From positions 1,184,001 to 1,248,000 of the forward strand of contig CAXXKA010000008.1 of NCBI GenBank assembly GCA_963668625.2: a DNA stretch of 64,000 nt. The letters run 5' to 3'. Shown here piece after piece: positions 1 through 9,000 of the stretch. The translations under genes and the position numbers were made by a program. Source of the stretch: an uncultured candidate division Zixibacteria bacterium (GTDB taxonomy: Bacteria; Zixibacteria; MSB-5A5; UBA10806; 4484-95). Below the pieces are notes generated by a model. It was not told the DNA's origin. It saw only the letters and a program-made list of their open reading frames with translations, and did no database searches. The first letter of the stretch is position 1. Each line of letters opens with the position of its first letter.

Positions 1-1047
1 ATATGCCAGAGTTGACAGCACTTTTCCGCGAAACGCACCCGGTGAGGCCAAATCAACAGCCTGGCGGGTGTAAGTCTCGGCCTCCTCCAGATTGATCCTG
101 TGCTCGAGACACCATTTGGCATAGGAATAAAACTCGCCGGGATTGCTTTCCCATCCCTGCGGCAGGGTTGATTGTTTTAGCTCGGTAGCTTTCGCAGTGT
201 CGTTTTCCACCGCCAGGGCATACTCTGATTTCAATAGCGTATTATCTTTTTGATAATGCACACCCCGTCTCTCGGTGGCGTTTATAGCGGCAGTGATATA
301 TGGCTCGATCAGAGCTCCCTTTTCAAGCTTCCGCCCCAGGCGGGCCATTATCTGGGCTACTTGTAATAGTCGTTGAGGATTGCCGGCAAAATGTTTTACC
401 GCAGTATCGGCATAGGGAAGAGCCTCCTCGAACGTGATCGTATCCTGCCAGGCGGCATTGGCTGCGTTTTTGAAAATCTCGAATACGAATGCACTTTCAC
501 CTTGATTACCGAGTTGCCTCGCTTTCCGATAATACTCGTTTGCTCCGAGATAGTCCCAAACCTCGGTATAGTATTCGGCAAGGTTAACGGCATCATCATA
601 TGTCGGATCGGATTCGAACCGTCTAACCCGTTGTTCCAGCGTGATCTTTTCGGTAAGGCTTTCGTTTAAATTCCTGATAAAAGGTTCGGGAGTAGTGTAG
701 CCCGTCCAGCGTTTCATGATCTCGCCCTCGGTATTTAACACGTAAAATACGGGATAATATATCCCCGTAAAATAATAGTTTGAAAGTTCCTGGCCATAAT
801 CGCCTTTTTCCAGAACCGTCAGGTGAATGACATTATCCAGCGCCTGTTTAACTGCCGGCACGTTTATGGCATCCTGGGCGGCCTTAGAGCAATATTCGCA
901 GTCATCCTGGTAAAACTCGAGCAGAATCGGTTTGCCTGTTTGCGAGGATAACTTCTTAGCTTCCTCCAGAGTAGTGACATCCCCTGCGAAACAAAGGGTG
1001 AACGTATTTATCAAAACCAAGGTGACAATCATTAACCTGTTCAACAT
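1..1047 (-). CDS. Secreted thioredoxin-fold (CxxC) protein with TPR-like C-terminal region; runs off the left edge
   Basis: Absent from the ORF track because there is no stop in the window. Manual translation from ATG 1047 (GGAG RBS): signal-like MLNRLMIVTLVLINTFTLCFAG, then LEEAKKLSSQTGKPILLEFYQDDCEYC (thioredoxin-like, CEYC) and helical repeats ending NLEEAETYTRQAVDLA. Confidence 0.8.
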   Translation of the reverse strand, partial: MLNRLMIVTLVLINTFTLCFAGDVTTLEEAKKLSSQTGKPILLEFYQDDCEYCSKAAQDAINVPAVKQALDNVIHLTVLEKGDYGQELSNYYFTGIYYPVFYVLNTEGEIMKRWTGYTTPEPFIRNLNESLTEKITLEQRVRRFESDPTYDDAVNLAEYYTEVWDYLGANEYYRKARQLGNQGESAFVFEIFKNAANAAWQDTITFEEALPYADTAVKHFAGNPQRLLQVAQIMARLGRKLEKGALIEPYITAAINATERRGVHYQKDNTLLKSEYALAVENDTAKATELKQSTLPQGWESNPGEFYSYAKWCLEHRINLEEAETYTRQAVDLASPGAFRGKVLSTLAY

Positions 1048-1154
1048 TTTAAAACTCCAGCGATTTTAAATTACTCACTCACGAATATCCCGACTAAAAT
1101 AATCATATATGTTTCAATTGTAAAGGTATCGTAAAAGTTTCAGGCCGGAATAAA

Positions 1155-2156
1155 TTATTTAACCGAATTTTTCTCGTCCGTATCATCCACAGAAAGAGTC
1201 GCTCCATCACAATAACCGGCAACCGGCGCGGGGCCTATTGCCCGGAAAAAATTAACCAGGTAAGTGATATCCTGCCCGGTCACATTGCAATCACCGTTGC
1301 AGTCCCCGGATAAATATACCACTGGTGGCAATCCCCAGCCCCTGAAAAATTGTACGAGAAAAAGGACATCGGAAATTACTACCTGGCCATCACCGTTGGC
1401 ATCCCCGGGTAAATAATCGGTACTGGATATGAAATTCGCAGTTATCGAATAATTGCCATTCATATAAATCATGATAGGATTTTGTGAACTGTTAATACTG
1501 CCGGTCCAGCGCGAAAATAAGCAGTCGGGATCGGGCTGGGCGAAAAGAAAGACTACCTCGTCCGAGTTATAATATTCTTTTTCAGGGTGAATATCCACAC
1601 TGCCGGGACCATTTATTTGCACATTCAAAGTAAAACCGCTGGTGGGTAATGTTTTAAGCGGCGAGTTGGAAAGCCCCGAATAGTTACCGGCATCATCATA
1701 AGCTTTTATACAGAAATAGTAGCTTTCGCCGGGAGTCAGGCCTGTCACCAGCATGGAATCTCTCTGGCCGCTTATAGAAGGAGTCGGTTCGCCGTTTACC
1801 TGCACCGAGTTTCGCCATCTCGACTCGCTGTTAATCTGGCCATAGTTCGCCCGACGGTATCTGATATCGTAACCAGTGGCTCGCCCGTCTAAACCATCAT
1901 CACCGGTAGCTGTCCAGTGAAGCCATACCCGATCGGGTTCATCTGTTATCAAGCCGTTGGGTACCGCCTCCACCAGCGTGGCATTCAGGGCCAGATAGTA
2001 AGTGATATCGCCGTCGTTATCGCATCTCAAAAACTCTTCACGGCTGTACCTGCCGTTATCATCGCCGTAAGAATAACCAATGTACATTGAACAAATTGCT
2101 ATAACTAAAACGTATTTTTTAATCGAACGCAAAATTAAACTTTTCAGCATAACCAC
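1155..2156 (-). CDS. Secreted protein: FN3-like domain, Ig-like bacterial repeat and C-terminal dockerin-type domain
   Basis: WTATGDDG...YDIRY...GLTPGESYYFCIKAYDDAGNYSGLSN (FN3); F..WTG...NP..I.M.....ITANF repeat; duplicated GDANGDG..../GDCNGDC.... dockerin motifs. Start may be ATG 2150. Confidence 0.75.
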   Translation of the reverse strand: MVMLKSLILRSIKKYVLVIAICSMYIGYSYGDDNGRYSREEFLRCDNDGDITYYLALNATLVEAVPNGLITDEPDRVWLHWTATGDDGLDGRATGYDIRYRRANYGQINSESRWRNSVQVNGEPTPSISGQRDSMLVTGLTPGESYYFCIKAYDDAGNYSGLSNSPLKTLPTSGFTLNVQINGPGSVDIHPEKEYYNSDEVVFLFAQPDPDCLFSRWTGSINSSQNPIMIYMNGNYSITANFISSTDYLPGDANGDGQVVISDVLFLVQFFRGWGLPPVVYLSGDCNGDCNVTGQDITYLVNFFRAIGPAPVAGYCDGATLSVDDTDEKNSVK

Positions 2157-2515
2157 AAAAATCTTTAGGTATTTAAGAAAGTTACAACAGGGAAGTCTAA
2201 GGTATTTATATCATCCCCACAGCCTGTTTCCCGTGAGTCAGCCAGAGATGAAAAACATTTCCCTCTCCCTTACTCAGCTATAGTTAACATCTGAGCTCGA
2301 TAATGTCAAGCAAGAGTTTCAACGAAAAGTAAATTTTCATAGCTTTTAAACGCCATCCTAACTAATCTTCGCTATTATTATGTGTAATATAATCATTGTT
2401 GTGTCAATTGGTATTTTTCGATTGCATTTATAGATATGGTAATATACATTTGATCTAGTTAAACAGTTGGAACAACCTGAATCAACATTGGGATTATTAA
2501 ACCGAAAAAGCTATT

Positions 2516-2974
2516 ATGATAGAGAAAACTAAAATACCGGAATCATTTTTAGTCGACCATACGACGATGGTCGCGCCAAACATACGTAAAACCGGCGTGC
2601 AGTCCGGCCCAAATGGCGATATGATCAGCAAATTCGATATGCGATTCGTCAAACCCAACACCGATAGTATCCCCACGGCCGCTATTCATACATTGGAACA
2701 TCTGCTGGCGACATATATGAAAAACACGCTGGCTGATGTTATCGATATCTCACCCATGGGTTGCCGTACAGGATTTTATCTGACAATCTGGGGTGATATC
2801 GAACCTCAAGTTATCAGGGGTTCGCTGATCGATGCGTTGAAAAAAATAGTAACAACCAAATTCGAGGATATCCCCGGCATATCGGCAAAGGAATGTGGAA
2901 ACTACCGCGACCATTCATTGTTCGGCGCCCGGGAATACGCCGATTCAGTATTGAAAGGATTCGAATCACAATGA
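2516..2974 (+). CDS. luxS: S-ribosylhomocysteine lyase
   Basis: ESF.VDHT, HTLEH metal motif, SPMGCRTGFY, CGNY..HSL. Confidence 0.97.
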   Translation: MIEKTKIPESFLVDHTTMVAPNIRKTGVQSGPNGDMISKFDMRFVKPNTDSIPTAAIHTLEHLLATYMKNTLADVIDISPMGCRTGFYLTIWGDIEPQVIRGSLIDALKKIVTTKFEDIPGISAKECGNYRDHSLFGAREYADSVLKGFESQ

Positions 2975-3699
2975 TAGGATTAATCGGCGCAATGGCCGAG
3001 GAGATATCCCTGCTCAAGGAAAACATGGATATTTTCGAGGCAACCGAGTATGCCGGGATGAAATATTTTGCCGGCGAGCTTGAGGGGCAGAAATTCGTTT
3101 TGCTTCAATCCGGTATCGGCAAAGTTAACGCCACTATCGGTACCCAGATAATGATTGACCGTTTCGAGATAGAGAGCATTCTGTTTACCGGATTGGCCGG
3201 CGCCATGGTGCCGAACCTCTCACCCGGCGATATCGTGGTATCAAATTATGTGGTTCAGTACGATTTCGATCTCACGCCTTTCGGTAGACGGCATGGCGAA
3301 CTACCTAATGTTGGCAGGATGATCGAGGCGGATCCCCGTCTGTTAAAACTGGCATGCTATGGTTTCGATGATGTTTTCAAGCAGGTCAGCAACGCCCCAC
3401 GGTTGATGGTAGGCACTATCGTCTCGGGAGATCGCTTCGTTTCCGATGAGAGCCAGATCGAATGGCTGCAGCGCGAATTCGGAGCGGTGGCAATCGAGAT
3501 GGAGGGGGCGGCTGTCGGCTACACCTGCCATGTCAACAAGGTGCCTTTCGTAATAATGCGCACGATATCCGATTCGGCCAGCTCCGATGCTAAAAACGAA
3601 TTCGAAAAGTATCTGGGAGAGGCTTCCAAACACTCATTCCAGATTATCAGCAGTATTTTCAAGACTCTCGGCCATGTTGTCGAGGCCGACTCTATTTAA
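2971..3699 (+). CDS. mtnN: 5'-methylthioadenosine/S-adenosylhomocysteine nucleosidase
   Basis: MIGLIGAMAEE, SGIGKVNA, TGLAG, SGDRF, EMEGAAV, RTISD. True start is ATG 2971, overlapping the luxS stop (ATGA). Confidence 0.95.
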   Translation: MIGLIGAMAEEISLLKENMDIFEATEYAGMKYFAGELEGQKFVLLQSGIGKVNATIGTQIMIDRFEIESILFTGLAGAMVPNLSPGDIVVSNYVVQYDFDLTPFGRRHGELPNVGRMIEADPRLLKLACYGFDDVFKQVSNAPRLMVGTIVSGDRFVSDESQIEWLQREFGAVAIEMEGAAVGYTCHVNKVPFVIMRTISDSASSDAKNEFEKYLGEASKHSFQIISSIFKTLGHVVEADSI

Positions 3700-4028
3700 A
3701 ATACCCGGTTGCCTGAGGGTAAATCACTATCGGGCGTTAAGATTATCACCTCGTTATTTTCATCGAGAGCGCCTAATACCAGTACCTCCGATTTGAATCC
3801 TGCTATCCTTTTCGGGGCAAAATTAGTAACAGCTACTATTTGCCGGTTCAGTAATTCAGCTTTCGTGTAATTTTTTGTTATCTGAGCGCTGGAGTTTTTG
3901 CGACCGTACTCACCGAAATCGATTAATAGTCTATACGCCGGTTTACGAGCTTCGGCCAGATCATCTATTTCAACGATGCGCCCGATTCTCATCTCCACCT
4001 TCTCGAAATCATCGAATGCAATAGTCAT
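3696..4028 (-). CDS. csaA: tRNA-binding / export-related chaperone (OB fold, Trbp111/CsaA)
   Basis: F.KVEMRIGRI, RKPAY.L.IDFG, SSAQIT, NFAPKRIAGFKSEVLVLG. Confidence 0.9.
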   Translation of the reverse strand: MTIAFDDFEKVEMRIGRIVEIDDLAEARKPAYRLLIDFGEYGRKNSSAQITKNYTKAELLNRQIVAVTNFAPKRIAGFKSEVLVLGALDENNEVIILTPDSDLPSGNRVF

Positions 4029-4246
4029 GAATCAATCCTCCGATTTAATACTTATGGTATTCCAACAAAGACCATCCGGGTCTTCGACAATACTTTCGAC
4101 ATTAAAAAAACGTAACCTTATAGGAAAATAATTCGTAAATCTAGCAAGGCAACAAATAATCATGTATTGACATGAATACATTTTTGGCACACTATTGATG
4201 ATATTAACATGGTCTTATCCGAGTTTGCGGATGAACGGAGGGTTTC

Positions 4247-5842
4247 ATGATTCCATATTACTCAAAATTCAAATTTATAATTATTTTAACCGCTTTATTT
4301 ACACTTTTCGCGCTATCAACTTTGACATCTGCCTCCTGGCATGGCCTTACACCTGGCAAGTACGAGGTGGGGTTCAAGACAATCGAGAAATACGATCAGG
4401 GAAGAACGTATCTGTCCAAGTATGATTATTTCGGAAACCTGATCGAGAGAGAGCGAGCCAGGCCCATACAAATTTGCTTATGGTATCCCGCGGAAGCCGA
4501 TCCTGAGGAGCAGCGCATGGTATACGGCGAATATAATTTCCCTTACCCGGAAGATGACCGGTTTTTCAATATCGTCGGCCGGTACCAGGGGCAGGATAAC
4601 GGCTACCTGTTTTATTCGTTCCAGAACGATTACGGCATAGTGCTCGATTTTTTGAGTGTTGAAATGAACGCGGTCAAAGACGCCGCTCCGGCCGACGGCA
4701 AATTTCCATTGCTGATTTATTTCACCAACTTCAACAGCGGCATCGGCGATAATGTATTGCTATGTGAATACCTGGCCTCGAAAGGTTATGTGGTCGCTAC
4801 CTCTCATAGTTTCGGAACTCATGAGCTCACGGCACGAAATACGCAGGGGGATCTCGAAACGATAATCAGCGATAAGGAATTCATTTTCGAAAACATAGCC
4901 GATTTTCCCTTTGTGGATATGAATAAAATCGGATCGTTCGGAGCAGGCTATGGCGGGTTGGCCGCTATGCTTTACCCGATGAGATGCGGTGACATCGATG
5001 CCGTAATGAGTTTGAACGGTCCTTTCAACGTTAAAGAGAATATCGAGTTTACCTCGAACTGTCCGTATTTCGCCAACATCAATCTGACCATCCCTTTTAT
5101 GAATATTTACGGTAGCGACATCGGTGAGATTGATTTGAGCCTGCAAGACAGTCTTCGCTATTCGGAGAGGATTTCGATAAACCTCCGGCAAACTCCTCGA
5201 AACGCTTTCAATAGCTATCTTCTGCTATCCAGCTCTATGCCCGGCCGGGAAACCGTTGCTGACGATATAACCCGCACGAGCTATAAAACTATTTGCGACT
5301 ACTCTTTAAATTTCTTCGATGCTTATCTGAAAAATTCCGACTCCGCTAACAAAAAAATCTATGGTATCCCGGATAAAAACAAAATCGCTCCCGAGTTAAT
5401 TGCAATCAGTTTCCTGCCCGCCCGGGATGTTCCGCCGACGCCGGCCGAGTTCGTACAAATCATTCGAGGTGACGGCGGCGTGCCTAAAGCGGTCGAGTTG
5501 TACGAGAAATTCAAAATCGAGGATCCCGGCCATGCGCTTTTCGAAGAGGCGACTTTCAACCAGATCGGTTATAATCTTCTGACAATGGGAGATATCGATA
5601 ACGCCCTGGAGATATTCAGGATGAATTCGGAAGTATATCCAAACTCGTGTAATGTTTGGGATAGCTATGCCGATGGCATGACCGCCGCCGGTGATACGGC
5701 CGGGGTAGTCGAATGCATGCGCAAAGCTATGGAGGTAATGCCTAATGATAGCGCTGTCAACGAGGTATTTAAAAATACTATCAGGGAGCACGCTCGACGG
5801 GTATTGGGAGATGAGGAATACGAAAAATATCAACATCAATAG
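4247..5842 (+). CDS. Secreted alpha/beta-hydrolase-fold protein with C-terminal TPR; nucleophile motif degenerate
   Basis: Signal peptide; PGKYEVG, RPIQICLWYPA, GKFPLLIY, EYLASKGYVV, KIGSFGAGYGG; TPR motif NQIGYNLL...N.E.YPNS.NVWDSYAD. Confidence 0.75.
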   Translation: MIPYYSKFKFIIILTALFTLFALSTLTSASWHGLTPGKYEVGFKTIEKYDQGRTYLSKYDYFGNLIERERARPIQICLWYPAEADPEEQRMVYGEYNFPYPEDDRFFNIVGRYQGQDNGYLFYSFQNDYGIVLDFLSVEMNAVKDAAPADGKFPLLIYFTNFNSGIGDNVLLCEYLASKGYVVATSHSFGTHELTARNTQGDLETIISDKEFIFENIADFPFVDMNKIGSFGAGYGGLAAMLYPMRCGDIDAVMSLNGPFNVKENIEFTSNCPYFANINLTIPFMNIYGSDIGEIDLSLQDSLRYSERISINLRQTPRNAFNSYLLLSSSMPGRETVADDITRTSYKTICDYSLNFFDAYLKNSDSANKKIYGIPDKNKIAPELIAISFLPARDVPPTPAEFVQIIRGDGGVPKAVELYEKFKIEDPGHALFEEATFNQIGYNLLTMGDIDNALEIFRMNSEVYPNSCNVWDSYADGMTAAGDTAGVVECMRKAMEVMPNDSAVNEVFKNTIREHARRVLGDEEYEKYQHQ

Positions 5843-5854
5843 AGGGAGTTTAAG

Positions 5855-7078
5855 ATGAGTACGAATCAATCGGATATATCCAGGCGAGGTTTTCTTACGG
5901 CCTCACTTACGGGATTGGTTTCCGCCGGTATGGTCAGCCTTTCACCACAGGTACTTCTGGCACAGGATGATGCCGGAGATGAAGCCTCGGGAGAAATAAT
6001 CTATCGTACGCTTGGTAAAACCGGCATGAAAGTACCGATTGTAAGTTTAGGTGTCGGTGCGGTTGGTAGTCCTGCTATAGTCCAATCGGCATACGAACTG
6101 GGTATCCGTCTCTTTGATACCGCCGCCAATTACCAGAACGGCCGCAATGAGCAAATGCTGGGTAACGTGCTGGCTAAATTGAAAGCCAGAGAGAATTCGA
6201 TTATCAGCACAAAGATATTCGTAAGACCTCAGAGGGAGGGGGCTGAACCTGCAGTGCTGAAAAAGAAAGCTATATCGCTGGTGGATGGCAGCCTCAGGCG
6301 TTTGAAAACCGATTATATAGATATACTCTCGGTACATGATGTATCCTCGGTTGAGGATGTACAGCAGCCCGGAATGTTAGAGGCAATGATGAGCTTGAAA
6401 GAAAGCGGCAAGGTCAGGGCCATCGGCCTTACGACTCACTCCAACATGGCCGTCGTCCTAAACGAGGCAATAGCCAACGGTAACTGGGATGCTGTTGTGA
6501 CCTCGTTTAATTTCACGATGACCGAGGATGAGGAAATGATGACCGCGATTAAAAAAGCCTCCGCCAGCGGAATCGGTATCATTGCCATGAAAACTCAGGC
6601 GGGAGGCGCTAACTGGCCCAACCCGGAATCGAGACGAAATTACTCCAGTTCGACTATCAATAAGGCGGTTTTACGCTGGGTAATGAATAATGAATTCGTA
6701 CATACATGTATACCCGGTATGGGCAATTTCGATCACCTCAATGAGGATTGGGAGATAGCCGGTAACTTAAAATACACCGATGAGGAGAAAAAGCTATTAG
6801 GCGATAACTCGATCAAGCTGAGTTTGGGATTCTGCCGTCAGTGCAATCAATGCCTGGCCTCATGTCCTTACGATACCGATATACCGGGTTTGATGAGAAC
6901 CCACATGTACGCCAGCCAGTATAGCGACTTTTACAAAGCCAGAGCAACTTACGATGAAATCCCGAAACAGAGCAGTTTAGCGGCTTGCTCCGATTGCACT
7001 AGCTGCGTAGCACAATGTGCTCATAAATCGGTTGATATCGCCTCGAATATCGAAAATTTGAAGTTGCTGTACGCTTAG
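5855..7078 (+). CDS. Tat-signal aldo/keto reductase with C-terminal 4Fe-4S dicluster-like domain
   Basis: SRRGFL twin-arginine motif; YRTLGKTG, FDTAANY, SLRRLKTDYID, GIGIIAMK; CRQCNQCLASCP and CSDCTSCVAQC. Confidence 0.88.
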   Translation: MSTNQSDISRRGFLTASLTGLVSAGMVSLSPQVLLAQDDAGDEASGEIIYRTLGKTGMKVPIVSLGVGAVGSPAIVQSAYELGIRLFDTAANYQNGRNEQMLGNVLAKLKARENSIISTKIFVRPQREGAEPAVLKKKAISLVDGSLRRLKTDYIDILSVHDVSSVEDVQQPGMLEAMMSLKESGKVRAIGLTTHSNMAVVLNEAIANGNWDAVVTSFNFTMTEDEEMMTAIKKASASGIGIIAMKTQAGGANWPNPESRRNYSSSTINKAVLRWVMNNEFVHTCIPGMGNFDHLNEDWEIAGNLKYTDEEKKLLGDNSIKLSLGFCRQCNQCLASCPYDTDIPGLMRTHMYASQYSDFYKARATYDEIPKQSSLAACSDCTSCVAQCAHKSVDIASNIENLKLLYA

Positions 7079-7101
7079 AGCTAATGCCCAACTATAGGTA
7101 T

Positions 7102-7136
7102 AAAAAAGGCCGGTTAACAAACCGGCCTTCAGTTTT
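7102..7136. terminator. Bidirectional intrinsic terminator between convergent genes
   Basis: Stem AAGGCCGGTT-AACA-AACCGGCCTT with an A-run on the left and a T-run on the right. Confidence 0.8.
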
Positions 7137-7152
7137 TCTATTCCTATTTACA

Positions 7153-8052
7153 CTACTGAATCAACCAATCATAAATTAAGGGTTTGACCTGTTCGGAATA
7201 ATTCACCACTCCCGCGATTTTGCCGTTTTTAATTCCGGCCAGCACCTGACCGTAATACGAATCCCTGGTGATCATTACTTTGCCGTTTGCATACGGCAGG
7301 TCTTTCACCTCTTTCATCCCGTTAGCATCGATTTCCGCTGAAGACATCCAGCTATCGAATGCCCGGCCGGCTTTGTCATCAGCTAAAAATAACTGCACGT
7401 TCTCGTTATCGAAATCGTAATCAACAGTGAAAACATCGTTCAAGCCGGCCTGGCCGAGGTACGATTCGGCTGATATTTTTTCCGAGTTAGGCTTTCTTTT
7501 CTCGATGGGAAACTTCGTGAACAATACCGGCAATGAGGTAGTACCCGTTATGACAGATTCGAATCCACCGGCCAATTCGGCCATGGCCTCGGTTGCCTCT
7601 GGAGTATTATCGTAGTTCAGTATTCGCACTATATACTTGCCCTTAACGAAATCGAAATTTGATTCCGAGGAATACCCCTGAACTCCTATATCTATCACCT
7701 CGATATTATCCGGCCTGAGCATGGAATACATTCCATATGCTCCCGTTGAATTATCGAACTCGTAGATATCCGCAACCATCTCGATATCACCGGCTTTAAA
7801 ATCCGCGGTCGATACTCGTGTAAAATCGTAAGTGTGCCAAACCTCCGCCCCGCCATTGATATACTCGTATAACGATTCGCCCTCGTAAGTACTCACCTCC
7901 GAGGCTATGCCGATATCGGCAAGCTTAATCGTTTTCAGTATCGTCTCCGGAGAATCAGCGGGTTTGGCGGCTTTTTCGGTACCACCTCCGCAGGAGGCGA
8001 TCAGTATCACTAACAAGCCCATTATAGCTATCGGTTTTATATATGAACTCAT
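7153..8052 (-). CDS. Lipoprotein of unknown function (DUF6599-like)
   Basis: Lipobox LIASC; YEGESLYEYINGGAE, ADIYEF...GAYGMYS motifs. Start set at ATG 8052 (track: 8070). Confidence 0.65.
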   Translation of the reverse strand: MSSYIKPIAIMGLLVILIASCGGGTEKAAKPADSPETILKTIKLADIGIASEVSTYEGESLYEYINGGAEVWHTYDFTRVSTADFKAGDIEMVADIYEFDNSTGAYGMYSMLRPDNIEVIDIGVQGYSSESNFDFVKGKYIVRILNYDNTPEATEAMAELAGGFESVITGTTSLPVLFTKFPIEKRKPNSEKISAESYLGQAGLNDVFTVDYDFDNENVQLFLADDKAGRAFDSWMSSAEIDANGMKEVKDLPYANGKVMITRDSYYGQVLAGIKNGKIAGVVNYSEQVKPLIYDWLIQ

Positions 8053-8073
8053 TTTACACCTCGTGCTCACTTC

Positions 8074-9000
8074 TTACTTTGCCTCTTTCAGGTATTTGAA
8101 ATAATCGGAGTCGGTGGTGAGGATAAGCCAGGTATCCTCATCTATTGTCTCCGGGTAGCTTTCCAGCGCTTTCAAGAACGAGTAAAACTGCGGATCCTTG
8201 TTGTAAGCGGTGGCATAAATTTTAGTAGCCTCGCCATCCGCCTTACCTTTCACTTCCTCGGCTGTCTTATAAGCCTCGGAGGTAATTTTGCTCAGGTCTT
8301 TTTCCATATCACCGAGGATTCGCGAACGTCCGCCCTGTCCCTCGGAACGATATTCCTCGGCAATACGTTGGCGTTCGGCAATCATTCTCGAAAACACTTT
8401 TTCACGTACGCTTTCGACATAGTTGATATGCTTGATCTCGATATCGACCAATTCGATGCCATATTGAGGCGTCATCTCCGAGGCTTTACCGAGCATCAGT
8501 TTGACCAGGTCTTCTCGACCCATATCGATTTTCATGTCGATACGTTCGATCTCTTCGCCTTCCGATTGTACCAGCTCACGATTGGAGCTTCTGACAACCT
8601 CGAGCAACAATTGATCGGTTATATAGTCTCGCACAGCAGCATCGATAACGTTATCGAGCCTGGTTTGAGCACCGAGCTCATCACCGACGGATTGATAGAA
8701 TGTCAGCGGGTTGATAATCCGCCATCTGGCATAAGTATCTACCAGTATGAATTTTTTATCTTTCGTAGGAATCTGGGTTGCCCGGCCATCCCACTCCAGC
8801 ACTCGTTTTTCGAATGATGTTGCCTGCTGGGTTAGCGGTACTTTAAAATGCAAGCCCGGTTCGGTTACGACCGCCCTGGGCTCACCGAACTGGGTGATAA
8901 CCACCTGTTCACGTTGATCGACCACATAGGCTGACATCGAAAAAACGATAACAGCCAGAAGAATTACGATACCGGTAGCGATTAATTTAACATTATTCAT
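8074..9000 (-). CDS. hflC: FtsH protease modulator HflC
   Basis: N-terminal TM, VITQFGEP, PGLHFKVP, TKDKKFILVD, RMIAERQRIA..YRSEG, DPQFYSF..ALESY. Confidence 0.93.
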   Translation of the reverse strand: MNNVKLIATGIVILLAVIVFSMSAYVVDQREQVVITQFGEPRAVVTEPGLHFKVPLTQQATSFEKRVLEWDGRATQIPTKDKKFILVDTYARWRIINPLTFYQSVGDELGAQTRLDNVIDAAVRDYITDQLLLEVVRSSNRELVQSEGEEIERIDMKIDMGREDLVKLMLGKASEMTPQYGIELVDIEIKHINYVESVREKVFSRMIAERQRIAEEYRSEGQGGRSRILGDMEKDLSKITSEAYKTAEEVKGKADGEATKIYATAYNKDPQFYSFLKALESYPETIDEDTWLILTTDSDYFKYLKEAK

